DNA from: a virus
Lineage: Duplodnaviria > Caudoviricetes
Direction: 5' to 3' (one strand)
Virus record (IMG/VR): IMGVR_UViG_3300026266_000008
Coordinates: 1-37,550 of that record
DNA: 37,550 nt
The notes under the pieces were generated by a model, which made no database searches, had not been told where the DNA came from, and saw nothing but the letters and a program-made list of their open reading frames with translations. The number at the start of each line of letters is the position of its first letter. Positions within the stretch are counted from its first letter, which is position 1. Of this stretch, positions 20,604 through 29,447 are shown in pieces. A program made the translations under genes and the position numbers.

Positions 20604-21764
20604 ATGTCAAATTATAGTCAATTTTTTCCTACTAGTAGTGGTGGTGGTGGCGGTGAAACTTCTACACCAGGTAACAGAGTAAATAGAAGAATTTTTTACG
20701 GTCCTCTCGACAGTCCTACTGCCGCTACTGTTAATTGGACAGTTCCTGATACTACTACTACAGTAGAAGTCCATACATGGGGTGGTGGTGGAGGTGGCTT
20801 TTGTGCCCCAAATCCTGCTGAAAATCATTGTTACGGTGGTGGAGGAGGTGGTGGTTACGCCCGTGCTGAATATGATGTAACTGGTGGTGATATTCTTGCT
20901 ATTACCGCTGGTGGTATAACAGGAACCTCATCGGTAACAATTCCAACGCAGTCTCCTACTTCTCCTGTAAGTGCAACTGCTGGTTCTAATACTAGTACAG
21001 CCAGTGGCGCTGCTGGTGGTAGTGGAGCGGTTACTTTAAATCCTACATTTCCACATGTTGGTATTGTTACTGCCAATGGCGGTTCTGGTGGTGTTGGATC
21101 ATGCCAGGACTCTGGACCAACCCCCTGGCCAGGTACGGCTACGTACTGGAAGATGTATATAGGTGGAGGCGGCGGTGCTGCTGGTTCTCCTTTAGGTCCT
21201 GGATGTTATGGTGCTTGTGCCTCCCAACCTTCGTGGACTGCTGGTGGTGGTGGTGGTATTGGTGGTCAGGCAAATTATGCTCATGGTGGAGGATCTAGGA
21301 CATGTGCAAGAGTCAACGTTGCTGGCAGGGGTGGAACTACTAATGCAAATAGAATATATAGGGGTAATTCTGTATGTACTCGAGCTTATAGCTCAACCAG
21401 AGCCAATTGTAATGAAGATGTTTGGTGGAGAGTTGAAGATATTCAAGGGGAAGGTGGATTAGGAGCTGGATGCCAATCCTCCTTATGTCAGAATAATATG
21501 ATTATGGCTGGAGGAAAGGGTGCTGGTGGTGGTGGAGCTGGAGTCATGTGGGGTTGCATGGGTGGTAACTATCAACAGTATCAACTTCTTGGCCAAGGTG
21601 GTAGAGGTGGTATCCTTGGTGGAGGTGGAGGCAATATCCTTTATTGCAATGATCCCGGTGGTACGTGTATTACGTGGGATTGTTGTGATGGTAAAGGTGG
21701 AGCCGCTGGTGGCAGTGGTGGTGGACAGACAGGAACACCTGGTATTGTGATCATTTACTGGTAA
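20604..21764 (+). CDS. Gly-rich, Cys-rich fibre-tip adhesin, tandem paralogue of 19399..20586
   Basis: MSNYSQFFP N-terminus, the same scaffold, about 15 Cys, and identical DNA blocks shared with the previous gene. Confidence 0.7.
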   Translation: MSNYSQFFPTSSGGGGGETSTPGNRVNRRIFYGPLDSPTAATVNWTVPDTTTTVEVHTWGGGGGGFCAPNPAENHCYGGGGGGGYARAEYDVTGGDILAITAGGITGTSSVTIPTQSPTSPVSATAGSNTSTASGAAGGSGAVTLNPTFPHVGIVTANGGSGGVGSCQDSGPTPWPGTATYWKMYIGGGGGAAGSPLGPGCYGACASQPSWTAGGGGGIGGQANYAHGGGSRTCARVNVAGRGGTTNANRIYRGNSVCTRAYSSTRANCNEDVWWRVEDIQGEGGLGAGCQSSLCQNNMIMAGGKGAGGGGAGVMWGCMGGNYQQYQLLGQGGRGGILGGGGGNILYCNDPGGTCITWDCCDGKGGAAGGSGGGQTGTPGIVIIYW

Positions 21765-21785
21765 ATTAAAAACAGGAGAATTAAA

Positions 21786-22247
21786 ATGTCTAAATGGATT
21801 AGAGTAGAAAATAACGTGGCTCAAGAGATCATTACATATGATCCTAATGGTGTCATTAATGAGGCATTCTTACCTCGTTTCAAGGGTCCTTTCGCGGATA
21901 ACTTCAAGGTAAATCTTGGTGATTTATATACCCAAGATTCAAATTCCTTTGTACCATTTCCTGCAGTACCAGAAGGACCACCTCCAGTAAAAGAAGAAGA
22001 ATCAGCACCAATTTATATTACTCAAGAAGACTTCAGATCACAACTGACACTTTCTGAGAAACTTATTTGGGATAATCCATCCAATGCTACTACGGCTCAA
22101 TCAAATGCTATTACTACCATAAGTAGCGATTTTCCACAACGTGTTGATGGTGATCAATTCCGTGAAGAGTTAGATCTTCTAGAATCTGTTGAAGTTATTG
22201 GTAACGGTAGGTCAACCACACTTCTAAAATACTTCTCCTCTATGTAA
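21786..22247 (+). CDS. Small acidic protein, putative fibre/adhesin assembly chaperone
   Basis: 153 aa with an AGGAG RBS. It occupies the third position in the cassette. The N-terminus (MSKWIRVENNVAQEII...GDLY...F) loosely resembles 34345 and 36997. Confidence 0.5.
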   Translation: MSKWIRVENNVAQEIITYDPNGVINEAFLPRFKGPFADNFKVNLGDLYTQDSNSFVPFPAVPEGPPPVKEEESAPIYITQEDFRSQLTLSEKLIWDNPSNATTAQSNAITTISSDFPQRVDGDQFREELDLLESVEVIGNGRSTTLLKYFSSM

Positions 22248-22267
22248 TTCCTGGTTCATCTCTTTAA

Positions 22268-22298
22268 TAAATAACTAAAAAGTAATAAGATGTCTAGA
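22268..22298 (+). repeat. Cassette leader repeat copy 1: late promoter + leader + start (TAAATAACTAAAAAGTAATAAGATGTCTAGA)
   Basis: 31 nt identical to 24725-24755; the first 17 nt are identical to 34816-34832. Confidence 0.9.
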
Positions 22299-22901
22299 TT
22301 AAGAGCAGACAATCTAACTAACAGGGCTGGAACTGGTGCACCATTGTTCGTTCAGGGAGCCGTAGTTACTGGTGTTTGTACTGCAACAAGTTTTGATGGT
22401 GATGTAACTGGAAATGTAACTGGAAATGTAACTGGTGATGTATCAGGCACTGCAGCTACAGTAACAGGTGCTACTCAAGCTTCAATCACCTCTGTAGGTA
22501 CATTAACTGCTGTTTCTATTGACGGACCTTATAAACAAGCATTTGATGCACTTGCAGCTGATACTACACCAGTAATTGACTGCTCTTTAGGTAATTATTT
22601 TACACTTGATGCATCTAGCCCCCCATATCCAAGTGCTGGTTGGTCATTTACTAATGTACCTGCAAGTGTTGTCTATTCTTGTATTATCAAGGTAACTACT
22701 GGAGGAAGCACAACTATTAACTGGAATAATGTAAGTTCTGATACTGGCACTAGTAGTCCAAGTTACAGTAATAAAATCAAATGGAGTGGTGGTGCAGTTC
22801 CCGCATTTACTGCAGGAAAGCCTCTTTATATCATCCTAACTACTGATGACACAGGAGCTACATGGCAAGGAACATCACTGATTGACTTTGCGGTGGTATA
22901 A
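22290..22901 (+). CDS. Short distal-fibre adaptor, cassette 2 (type C C-terminus)
   Basis: MSRLRADNLTNRAGTGAP N-terminus and GNVT repeats. The C-terminal IDCSLGNYF...IKWSGGAVP...TTDDTGATW domain resembles the C-terminus of the 1950-aa fibre. Confidence 0.75.
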   Translation: MSRLRADNLTNRAGTGAPLFVQGAVVTGVCTATSFDGDVTGNVTGNVTGDVSGTAATVTGATQASITSVGTLTAVSIDGPYKQAFDALAADTTPVIDCSLGNYFTLDASSPPYPSAGWSFTNVPASVVYSCIIKVTTGGSTTINWNNVSSDTGTSSPSYSNKIKWSGGAVPAFTAGKPLYIILTTDDTGATWQGTSLIDFAVV

Positions 22902-22903
22902 GT

Positions 22904-23941
22904 ATGGATCCTAATACTTTAAATCTTCTGAAAGGCGCAGCAGGCGCAGGTGGACGTTACTGTGACTTAGCTGTAGGAACCAGTAGTTATGATCCTCGGA
23001 TTAGTGTATATCCGTGGGGTCCAGGTTTCGGTACTAAATATGCAGATCCCGCTACTCCCGTTCCATCAAACGGCTTCGGGGTTGCCTTTAGTCCTGACGG
23101 AGCAGACATTGCAGTATCACACAATACTGCTGCTGAGGCTTACATTAGTGTATATTCATGGGATGCAGGTTTTGGTACTAGATATGCAGATCCCTCAACC
23201 GCACCGACAGGTACTGGCTGGAGTTGTGCCTTTAGTCCTGACGGAGCATACATAGCTGTAGCACATGCTACTTCTCCTTACCTTACCGTCTATCCGTGGT
23301 CTTCAGGTTTTGGTACTAAATATGCAAATCCCTCAACTTTACCTCCAGGTACTGGCACGAAGGTTACCTTTAGTCCTAGTGGTGATGATATAGCAGTAAC
23401 ATGTACAATTACTCCTTACGTTGCCGTCTATCCTTGGAGTGGTTCAGGTTTCGGTACTAAATATGCTGATCCCGCTACTTTACCTCCAGCCGTTGGTCGC
23501 AGTGTTGAATTTAGTCCTGACGGAACAGATATAGCATTGGCAGGTGAAGGTTCTCCTTACGTTAGTGTATATCCTTGGAGTTCAGGTTTCGGTACTAAAT
23601 ATGCTGATCCCGCTACTTTACCTCCAAACCGTGGCATGGGGCTTTCCTTTAGTCCTGACGGAGCAACCTTAGCTGTAGCACATTATAATTCTCCTTGGAT
23701 TAGTGTATATCCTTGGAGTTCAGGTTTCGGTACTAAATATGCTGATCCCTCAACTGCCGTTCCGTCTTACGGCTGGGATTGTGCCTTTAGTCCTGACGGA
23801 ACAGACTTAGCCGTAGCACATACTGATTCTCCTTACCTTAGTGTATATTCTTGGAGTTCGGGTTTCGGTACTAAATATGCAGATCCCGCTACTTTACCGG
23901 CATATAAAGGCGATTCAATTTCCTTTAGTCCTCCGGTTTAA
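22904..23941 (+). CDS. 7-bladed WD40-like beta-propeller, putative receptor-binding tip
   Basis: Seven ~44-aa repeats, SVYPWSSGFGTKYADP.T.P....G..AFSPDG.D.AVAH..SPY, near-identical at the DNA level. Confidence 0.85.
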   Translation: MDPNTLNLLKGAAGAGGRYCDLAVGTSSYDPRISVYPWGPGFGTKYADPATPVPSNGFGVAFSPDGADIAVSHNTAAEAYISVYSWDAGFGTRYADPSTAPTGTGWSCAFSPDGAYIAVAHATSPYLTVYPWSSGFGTKYANPSTLPPGTGTKVTFSPSGDDIAVTCTITPYVAVYPWSGSGFGTKYADPATLPPAVGRSVEFSPDGTDIALAGEGSPYVSVYPWSSGFGTKYADPATLPPNRGMGLSFSPDGATLAVAHYNSPWISVYPWSSGFGTKYADPSTAVPSYGWDCAFSPDGTDLAVAHTDSPYLSVYSWSSGFGTKYADPATLPAYKGDSISFSPPV

Positions 23942-23958
23942 TTTTATTACCATCTATT

Positions 23959-24210
23959 ATGAACAAACTTCAAATTCTTCAAGCATCTTTTGAACCTCGC
24001 AATGATGAGATTCTAAATTACCAAATTAACATAGACAACTACACACGCGCTATTGATAAAATAAATACTCAATATGCAGATAATCCTGACTTAATTAAGT
24101 TCCGTGATAAGTTAGCCACTGAGGTTAAAAACCATAAAACTGAGCAATTAAAATCAATTATCATCCGTGATGTAATTGCAGACCAAATTAACGAACTGGA
24201 GACAACCTAA
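23959..24210 (+). CDS. Small helical hypothetical protein
   Basis: 83 aa, coiled-coil-like, coupled to the next gene (TAATG). Confidence 0.7.
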   Translation: MNKLQILQASFEPRNDEILNYQINIDNYTRAIDKINTQYADNPDLIKFRDKLATEVKNHKTEQLKSIIIRDVIADQINELETT

Positions 24211-24665
24211 TGTTTTACGCTAAACTTGACGTTGACAGCAAGCTTGAGCGTTACCCATACACACTAACTGACTTGCGACGTGACAATCCACAAACAAGTT
24301 TCCCTCGAACTATTACAGAAGAAATTGCTAGAGCGTTTAACTGTGTACCTGTAACACAGGTCGCCTACGTTGATAATTATACTAAAAACTACGAACGTTC
24401 AGCACGGAACAATGCTGGAACATGGGAAGAACAGTGGATTGAAAGTGACGCAACGGATGACCAGATTGCGGAACGAACCACTGCTATATCCAATGATGTT
24501 CGCAATGAGCGGAACCAAAAGCTAACTGACTGTGACTGGACACAGGCCAATGATTCACCAGTTAAAGCTGAATCAAAGTGGACAACATATAGGCAAGCAC
24601 TAAGGGATGTACCAACACAATCTGGCTTCCCACATAATGTGACTTGGCCAACTAAACCTACCTAA
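24210..24665 (+). CDS. Tail fibre assembly chaperone
   Basis: C-terminal VRNERNQKLTDCDWTQANDSP...WTTYRQALRDVPTQSGFPHNVTWPTKP is the classic tail-fibre-assembly motif. Confidence 0.85.
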   Translation: MFYAKLDVDSKLERYPYTLTDLRRDNPQTSFPRTITEEIARAFNCVPVTQVAYVDNYTKNYERSARNNAGTWEEQWIESDATDDQIAERTTAISNDVRNERNQKLTDCDWTQANDSPVKAESKWTTYRQALRDVPTQSGFPHNVTWPTKPT

Positions 24666-24727
24666 CTCCTACGGGTGGAATGGGTGCAGGTGGCCCCGGT
24701 ATTATAATAGTCAGATATTCTAACTAA
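24666..24727 (+). pseudogene. 3' remnant of a Gly-rich adhesin gene (PTGGMGAGGPGIIIVRYSN*)
   Basis: Translated by hand. It matches the family C-terminus (GGAGGHGIVILRFPT*, GGSGVVFVRY), and its stop TAA is the first triplet of the late promoter. Confidence 0.75.
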
Positions 24728-24755
24728 ATAACTAAAAAGTAATAAGATGTCTAGA
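24725..24755 (+). repeat. Cassette leader repeat copy 2 (late promoter + leader + start)
   Basis: Identical to 22268-22298. Confidence 0.9.
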
Positions 24756-25574
24756 ATAAGAGCAGATTATATAACTAATCTTGCAGGAACTGGTGCACCA
24801 GAATTCAGTAAGGGAGCAGTAATTAGTGGTGTTGTAACTGCAACAAGTTTTGCTGCAACAAACTTAGAGGTTTCTTCTGGTGGTGTTAGTGTTACTGGTG
24901 TTGTAACTGCCCCAAGTTTTAAAGGAACTTTAATTGGTGCATCTTCGGCTTCTTCTGCATTAATTGGATCTCCAGATACCACAGTTAATAATTTGATTGG
25001 TGTTGCTGCTACTTTTTCTGGCAATGTAAGTGTTGGTGGGACACTTACTTATGAAGATGTAACTAATGTTGATTCGGTTGGACTGATTACAGCAAGAAGT
25101 GGTCTTGATGTTGGTAGCACCACTACGGATGCACTTATTAAAGTATACGGAGGTAGTACTGATAATGTATTTGAGGCTCACCAAGAAGGAACAGGTGCTA
25201 AATTAACCATAACTGGTGGTGGAAACTTAACTAGTACCGGAATTATAGAAGACAGTAAGGGTGATGTAAGAGACATAACTTTGAGATCTGTAAGTGGATC
25301 TCAAGCAATACTTGTTCTCACTGATGCTGGTAAAGTTGTTGCAACTGACACAACTGGTTGGACTGTATCTGGCTTGTCATGGGCCGCAGGTGATACGGTC
25401 ACTCTGCTTAATAATAGTGCTGGAGATTTGACAATTACTTGTAGTGCAGTAACAACATACCTAACTTCAGACGGTTCAACAGTTACATCTAAACTATTAG
25501 GAGCTAGAGGTATGGCAACATTGTACTTCACTGCTTCCAATGTTTGTTATCTCCAAGGAACATCATTATCTTAA
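24747..25574 (+). CDS. Short distal-fibre adaptor, cassette 3 (type B C-terminus)
   Basis: MSRIRADYITNLAGTGAP N-terminus, GGTLTYEDVTNVDSVG, and C-terminal LVLTDAGKVV...GDTVTLLN...LGARGMATL...YLQGTSLS. Confidence 0.75.
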   Translation: MSRIRADYITNLAGTGAPEFSKGAVISGVVTATSFAATNLEVSSGGVSVTGVVTAPSFKGTLIGASSASSALIGSPDTTVNNLIGVAATFSGNVSVGGTLTYEDVTNVDSVGLITARSGLDVGSTTTDALIKVYGGSTDNVFEAHQEGTGAKLTITGGGNLTSTGIIEDSKGDVRDITLRSVSGSQAILVLTDAGKVVATDTTGWTVSGLSWAAGDTVTLLNNSAGDLTITCSAVTTYLTSDGSTVTSKLLGARGMATLYFTASNVCYLQGTSLS

Positions 25575-25595
25575 GATATAGAGAGGGTATAAATC

Positions 25596-26537
25596 ATGTC
25601 TATCCAACAAATGTTTTTAGGTGTAGGTGGTGGTGGTGATAGTATAGTTAATGGACTTGAAGTTATTTCTGGTAGTGAGACTTTTTATATATTTTTACAA
25701 CCCGGATCTTTTTCAATCTCTGCAGCAAAAAATCCTGCTCATGTTTTAGTTGTTGGCGGTGGCGGCGGTGGCGGCGGCGGAATTTATCATGGTGCCGGTG
25801 GTGGTGCTGGTGGTGCTGTACATGCTCCCAATATAACTCTTCCTGCTGGAGACTATACCGTAACAGTTGGTACTGGTGGAGCTAGTAATGCCCGTAGCTA
25901 CGGGGCCGGTGCTAGTGGTCTTGGCTCTAACCTTGAAGGTAGTCCATTGGGCCCCCTGTATGCTCAAGGTGGTGGTGGAGGTGCTGGATATAATTCAACC
26001 TCCCTACCTGGTGGTTCTGGTGGTGGTTCTGCAAGAGATAGTAATTATCCTACTGGGGCGGGTGCTCCTGGTACCCAGGGCCCTTACACCAGTACCTATA
26101 ATTCACCATGGGGTGCTACAGGATATGGGAATCCTGGAGGTAATCAGGTTCCGGCAGGAGGTTATGGTTCTGGTGGCGGCGGCGGTGCAGGAGGAAGTGG
26201 ATCATCACCTGGAAGTCCAACATCTGGTGGACCTGGAGGTCCTGGCATGGCATTCCCTTCTTTCCCTGGACCAACTTTAGGACCAGTTGTAGATCCCGTC
26301 ATTCCAGGTTGGTCAGGTACTGTTGGTTCAGGATACTACGCTGGCGGTGGCGGTGGATCAAGTTATGGTGGCAGTGGCGGTGGTGGTTCACCAGGAGGTG
26401 GTGGAGCTTCTGGTTGGGGTGGAACACCAGGTAAAAATGGTACAGGCAGTGGAGGAGGAGCGTTTAATCCATCACATTACAACGGTTCTGGTGGTGCTGG
26501 TGGCCACGGTATTGTAATCCTTAGATTCCCAACATAA
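25596..26537 (+). CDS. Gly/Pro-rich, Cys-free fibre-tip adhesin
   Basis: MSIQQMFLG N-terminus and VLVVGGGGGGG...YTVTVGTGG...GGSGGG...GGAGGHGIVILRF scaffold. Confidence 0.75.
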   Translation: MSIQQMFLGVGGGGDSIVNGLEVISGSETFYIFLQPGSFSISAAKNPAHVLVVGGGGGGGGGIYHGAGGGAGGAVHAPNITLPAGDYTVTVGTGGASNARSYGAGASGLGSNLEGSPLGPLYAQGGGGGAGYNSTSLPGGSGGGSARDSNYPTGAGAPGTQGPYTSTYNSPWGATGYGNPGGNQVPAGGYGSGGGGGAGGSGSSPGSPTSGGPGGPGMAFPSFPGPTLGPVVDPVIPGWSGTVGSGYYAGGGGGSSYGGSGGGGSPGGGGASGWGGTPGKNGTGSGGGAFNPSHYNGSGGAGGHGIVILRFPT

Positions 26538-26544
26538 AGGATGA

Positions 26545-26573
26545 TTGACATTTTATAATAACTTACATATAAT
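26545..26573 (+). promoter_or_regulatory. Perfect-consensus sigma70 promoter
   Basis: TTGACA (26545-26550), 17 nt, TATAAT (26568-26573), 23 nt upstream of 26597. Confidence 0.9.
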
Positions 26574-26596
26574 GAACTGAAAGATATTATAGGTAT

Positions 26597-27217
26597 ATGG
26601 CATATCAGAGTACGTGGTATTATACGGACCTTCCTGAGAAGGTTGTAGATCTTATTGCAGAAGATCTAACAGAGAAGTTTGATCCTCAAATGACAGACTC
26701 CAGGTTACATGGAGATGCACTGAACAAAGATAAGAGAAATTCACAGAATGCATGGATTCCAACTGACCATTGGGTAGCAGGATTTATTTGGCATTATATT
26801 ATGAGAGCTAATAGAGAGAACTTCCTTTATGATTTGAGGAATATTGATGGTGAGAGTATGCAATATACACGCTATGAAGAAGGGCAGTTTTATGATTGGC
26901 ACAACGATTCTGGATTATCAACACAATATAAACCAGTATCAGTTGGTAATCGTGCAGATGGATTAACACAAGATTTTCTTAATGAAAATGTGGAATTGGT
27001 AAGGAAATTGTCTTTTGCTATGCAACTATCTGATCCTGATGATTATGAAGGTGGTAATGTTCAACTACTGGATGAACAAGGAAATATGTATTTTGCACCA
27101 CGAAAAAGAGGTTCTATAATGTTATTTGATTCTCGTACACAACATAGAGTTCTTAAAGTTACTAAAGGAACACGTAAGTCTATCGTTGGATGGACTGTGG
27201 GACCTCGTTGGAAGTAA
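26597..27217 (+). CDS. 2OG-Fe(II) oxygenase, PKHD/prolyl-hydroxylase-like (type A)
   Basis: QYTRY..GQFYDWHND, RKLS...QLSDPDDYEGG, FDS...HRV...GTRKSIVGW (HxD...H triad plus RxS). Confidence 0.9.
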   Translation: MAYQSTWYYTDLPEKVVDLIAEDLTEKFDPQMTDSRLHGDALNKDKRNSQNAWIPTDHWVAGFIWHYIMRANRENFLYDLRNIDGESMQYTRYEEGQFYDWHNDSGLSTQYKPVSVGNRADGLTQDFLNENVELVRKLSFAMQLSDPDDYEGGNVQLLDEQGNMYFAPRKRGSIMLFDSRTQHRVLKVTKGTRKSIVGWTVGPRWK

Positions 27218-27226
27218 GAGGTTATT

Positions 27227-27958
27227 ATGGTAGAACAAATGAATGAGCAGCAGTTGATGTTTCAGGAGAAATGTAACACTGGAACTGCATGGACACGTAA
27301 TGAAAAGTTTGATAAGGATGGATATCTTGTAGTAAAAGATTTATGGGATCCTGAAGAACTTTATCATCCTGTTCCTGATATGAAGGGACAATTAAATTAT
27401 TGGGATAAGAATCCTGAACATTTTAATCATGTAGAAGTAGAACAACAAGTAGAAGGATCACTTGCACGTTATTGGCACCCACAATATAGAACTATTCATA
27501 CTGGTGTTCGTTTGAAGTTAGAAGAGATTTTGGGTAGGAAGCTTTATAATACCTATTATTATGATAGATATTATTTTCCTGGACAAGAACTAACTAAACA
27601 TGCAGATAGAGATGCCTGTGAAATCTCTGTTAGTATTCATATCAGCACCAATCTTCCTGATGATGAGAAGGATTGGCCTTTTATGATTAAAACTCCTGAT
27701 ACTTATACAGATAAGAAGAAGACTGATGTATTAGTTCCAGGTGAAGAACGTTCTGCTGTTCTTAATCCTGGTGATGGGTTGATTTATAAAGGATGTGAGC
27801 GACCACATTGGCGTGAAGCAATGCCAACTCCAAGAGTGAGAAAGAGAGATAGGTTGTTAAGGAGATCACAACCAGAGTATTACTATCACCAAATCTTCTT
27901 CCATTATGTTCTTGCTGACGGTCAAAGAGCTCACTGTGCATGGGATAGAGCAAGATAA
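27227..27958 (+). CDS. 2OG-Fe(II) oxygenase-like protein (type B)
   Basis: LYNTYYYDRYY..GQELTKHADRDACEISVS...WP...GDGLIYKGCERPHWRE...QIFFHYV. Confidence 0.8.
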   Translation: MVEQMNEQQLMFQEKCNTGTAWTRNEKFDKDGYLVVKDLWDPEELYHPVPDMKGQLNYWDKNPEHFNHVEVEQQVEGSLARYWHPQYRTIHTGVRLKLEEILGRKLYNTYYYDRYYFPGQELTKHADRDACEISVSIHISTNLPDDEKDWPFMIKTPDTYTDKKKTDVLVPGEERSAVLNPGDGLIYKGCERPHWREAMPTPRVRKRDRLLRRSQPEYYYHQIFFHYVLADGQRAHCAWDRAR

Positions 27959-27976
27959 AAGTACTTAGATTATCAA

Positions 27977-28011
27977 TTGACATAATGATCTTTTTGATGA
28001 TACAATAAATA
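27977..28011 (+). promoter_or_regulatory. sigma70 promoter with extended -10, overlapped by a late box
   Basis: TTGACA (27977-27982), 18 nt, TG-n-TACAAT (28001-28006). TAAATA lies at 28006-28011. Confidence 0.7.
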
Positions 28012-28041
28012 TCAGTGTATGAATGGATTGTTTGAAAAATT

Positions 28042-28674
28042 ATGGCTTTGCAAAGTGTGTATTATGACACTCTTCTCCCAGAAGATGTTATATCTTCTAT
28101 GGAGAAAGACTTAGAAATATTTGATGATAATTTAGAAGATTCTAGAGTTGGTGGTGGAGACGGTGGTGTTGTAGAAGAAAATATTAGAGACGCTAAAAAC
28201 ACTTGGATTCCTGATACTCATTGGTCTGCTGGATTTATTTGGCATTATGTATTAAAAGCAAATAGAGAAAACTTTCTGTATGATATTGAAAATGTCCAGG
28301 GAAGTACAATGCAATATACTGTCTATGGTGAAGGACAGTTCTACAATTGGCATCAAGACTTAGGTATTTCTGGTTTATATAAACCTAATGTTCTTCCTGG
28401 TCAATGTGACCCACAGTCAAATGCACAAGACTTCATTAACAGAAATACGGAAATGATCCGTAAACTGTCATTCTCTCTTCAACTTTCTGATGGTGATGAT
28501 TATGAGGGTGGACAGTTCCAACTTCTGGATGAAACTGGTAAGATTTATACCGCACCAAAGAAAAGAGGAACTCTAATTCTGTTTGATGCAAGAGCATCAC
28601 ACCGTGTTAGAAAAGTTAAGAACGGAACCCGCAAGTCTATTGTTGGTTGGATTGTTGGCCCTCGTTGGAAGTGA
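28042..28674 (+). CDS. 2OG-Fe(II) oxygenase type A, paralogue of 26597..27217
   Basis: WIP..HW.AGFIWHY...ANRENFLYD, WHQD, RKLSFSLQLS, HRV, GTRKSIVGW.VGPRWK. Confidence 0.9.
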   Translation: MALQSVYYDTLLPEDVISSMEKDLEIFDDNLEDSRVGGGDGGVVEENIRDAKNTWIPDTHWSAGFIWHYVLKANRENFLYDIENVQGSTMQYTVYGEGQFYNWHQDLGISGLYKPNVLPGQCDPQSNAQDFINRNTEMIRKLSFSLQLSDGDDYEGGQFQLLDETGKIYTAPKKRGTLILFDARASHRVRKVKNGTRKSIVGWIVGPRWK

Positions 28675-28682
28675 GGTAAATT

Positions 28683-29429
28683 ATGTGGTTTTTTAATAGA
28701 AATAAAAAAGATCAACCTATATCTATAGACGGAGGTCGTGACGTTGACTGGGCCCTTCAAGAGAAGGTAATGTCTGGATCTTCTAAAACTAAGAATGAAG
28801 AGTTTGAAAGAAATGGATACCTAGTTGTAAGAAACATGTGGGATCCAAAAGACTTACAAGAAGAAATTGACTATAGTGAAGGTCATTTCTCTTATAATCA
28901 ATTTGGAAAACTTCAACGTGGTGATGAAACTCAGGTTCCTGGTTCTAGGGCAAGACATTCATACCCACCTTACAAGTTCTATCATTCTCAAATGAGAAGA
29001 AAGATGGAAAAGATTATTGGTAATGAGTTGTTCAATACTTATTATTATGATAGAGTGTATTATGCAGGTCATGAACTTATAAAACATATGGATAGGGATG
29101 TCTGTGAAATCTCATTGACATATCAAATTGGAACTAACTGTAAGGAACCATGGCCTATTTGGATTAAAACTCCTGATACTTATGATGATGACAAAAACAT
29201 CATCAAGAAAGGTAAAGAGGTGTTTATCAAATTAAATGATGGTGATGCTGTTATCTACAAAGGTTGTGAAAGACCTCATTGGAGAGAATCACTGAAGTCT
29301 AGGTATAATAAGATTCAAAGAGGCATCAAAAAACTTCTTAGGAAGAAAGATGATACATATCATCACCAAGTATTTTTTCATTATGTTTTGGCTGATGGAA
29401 AAAGATGTTCAGTTGCAGGACGAGGATAA
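28683..29429 (+). CDS. 2OG-Fe(II) oxygenase type B, paralogue of 27227..27958
   Basis: NTYYYDR, KHMDRDVCEIS, IKTPDTY, YKGCERPHWRE, HQVFFHYVLADG. Confidence 0.8.
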   Translation: MWFFNRNKKDQPISIDGGRDVDWALQEKVMSGSSKTKNEEFERNGYLVVRNMWDPKDLQEEIDYSEGHFSYNQFGKLQRGDETQVPGSRARHSYPPYKFYHSQMRRKMEKIIGNELFNTYYYDRVYYAGHELIKHMDRDVCEISLTYQIGTNCKEPWPIWIKTPDTYDDDKNIIKKGKEVFIKLNDGDAVIYKGCERPHWRESLKSRYNKIQRGIKKLLRKKDDTYHHQVFFHYVLADGKRCSVAGRG

Positions 29430-29447
29430 TAATTAACTGAGGTTATC

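Noticed and set aside
22247-22267. Possible further gene remnant (IPGSSL*) before leader repeat copy 1
   Set aside because: Only six codons, too short to distinguish from chance.
22990-23935. CRISPR-like array
   Set aside because: The ~132-nt period is in frame within a propeller ORF, and the 'spacers' are homologous to each other.
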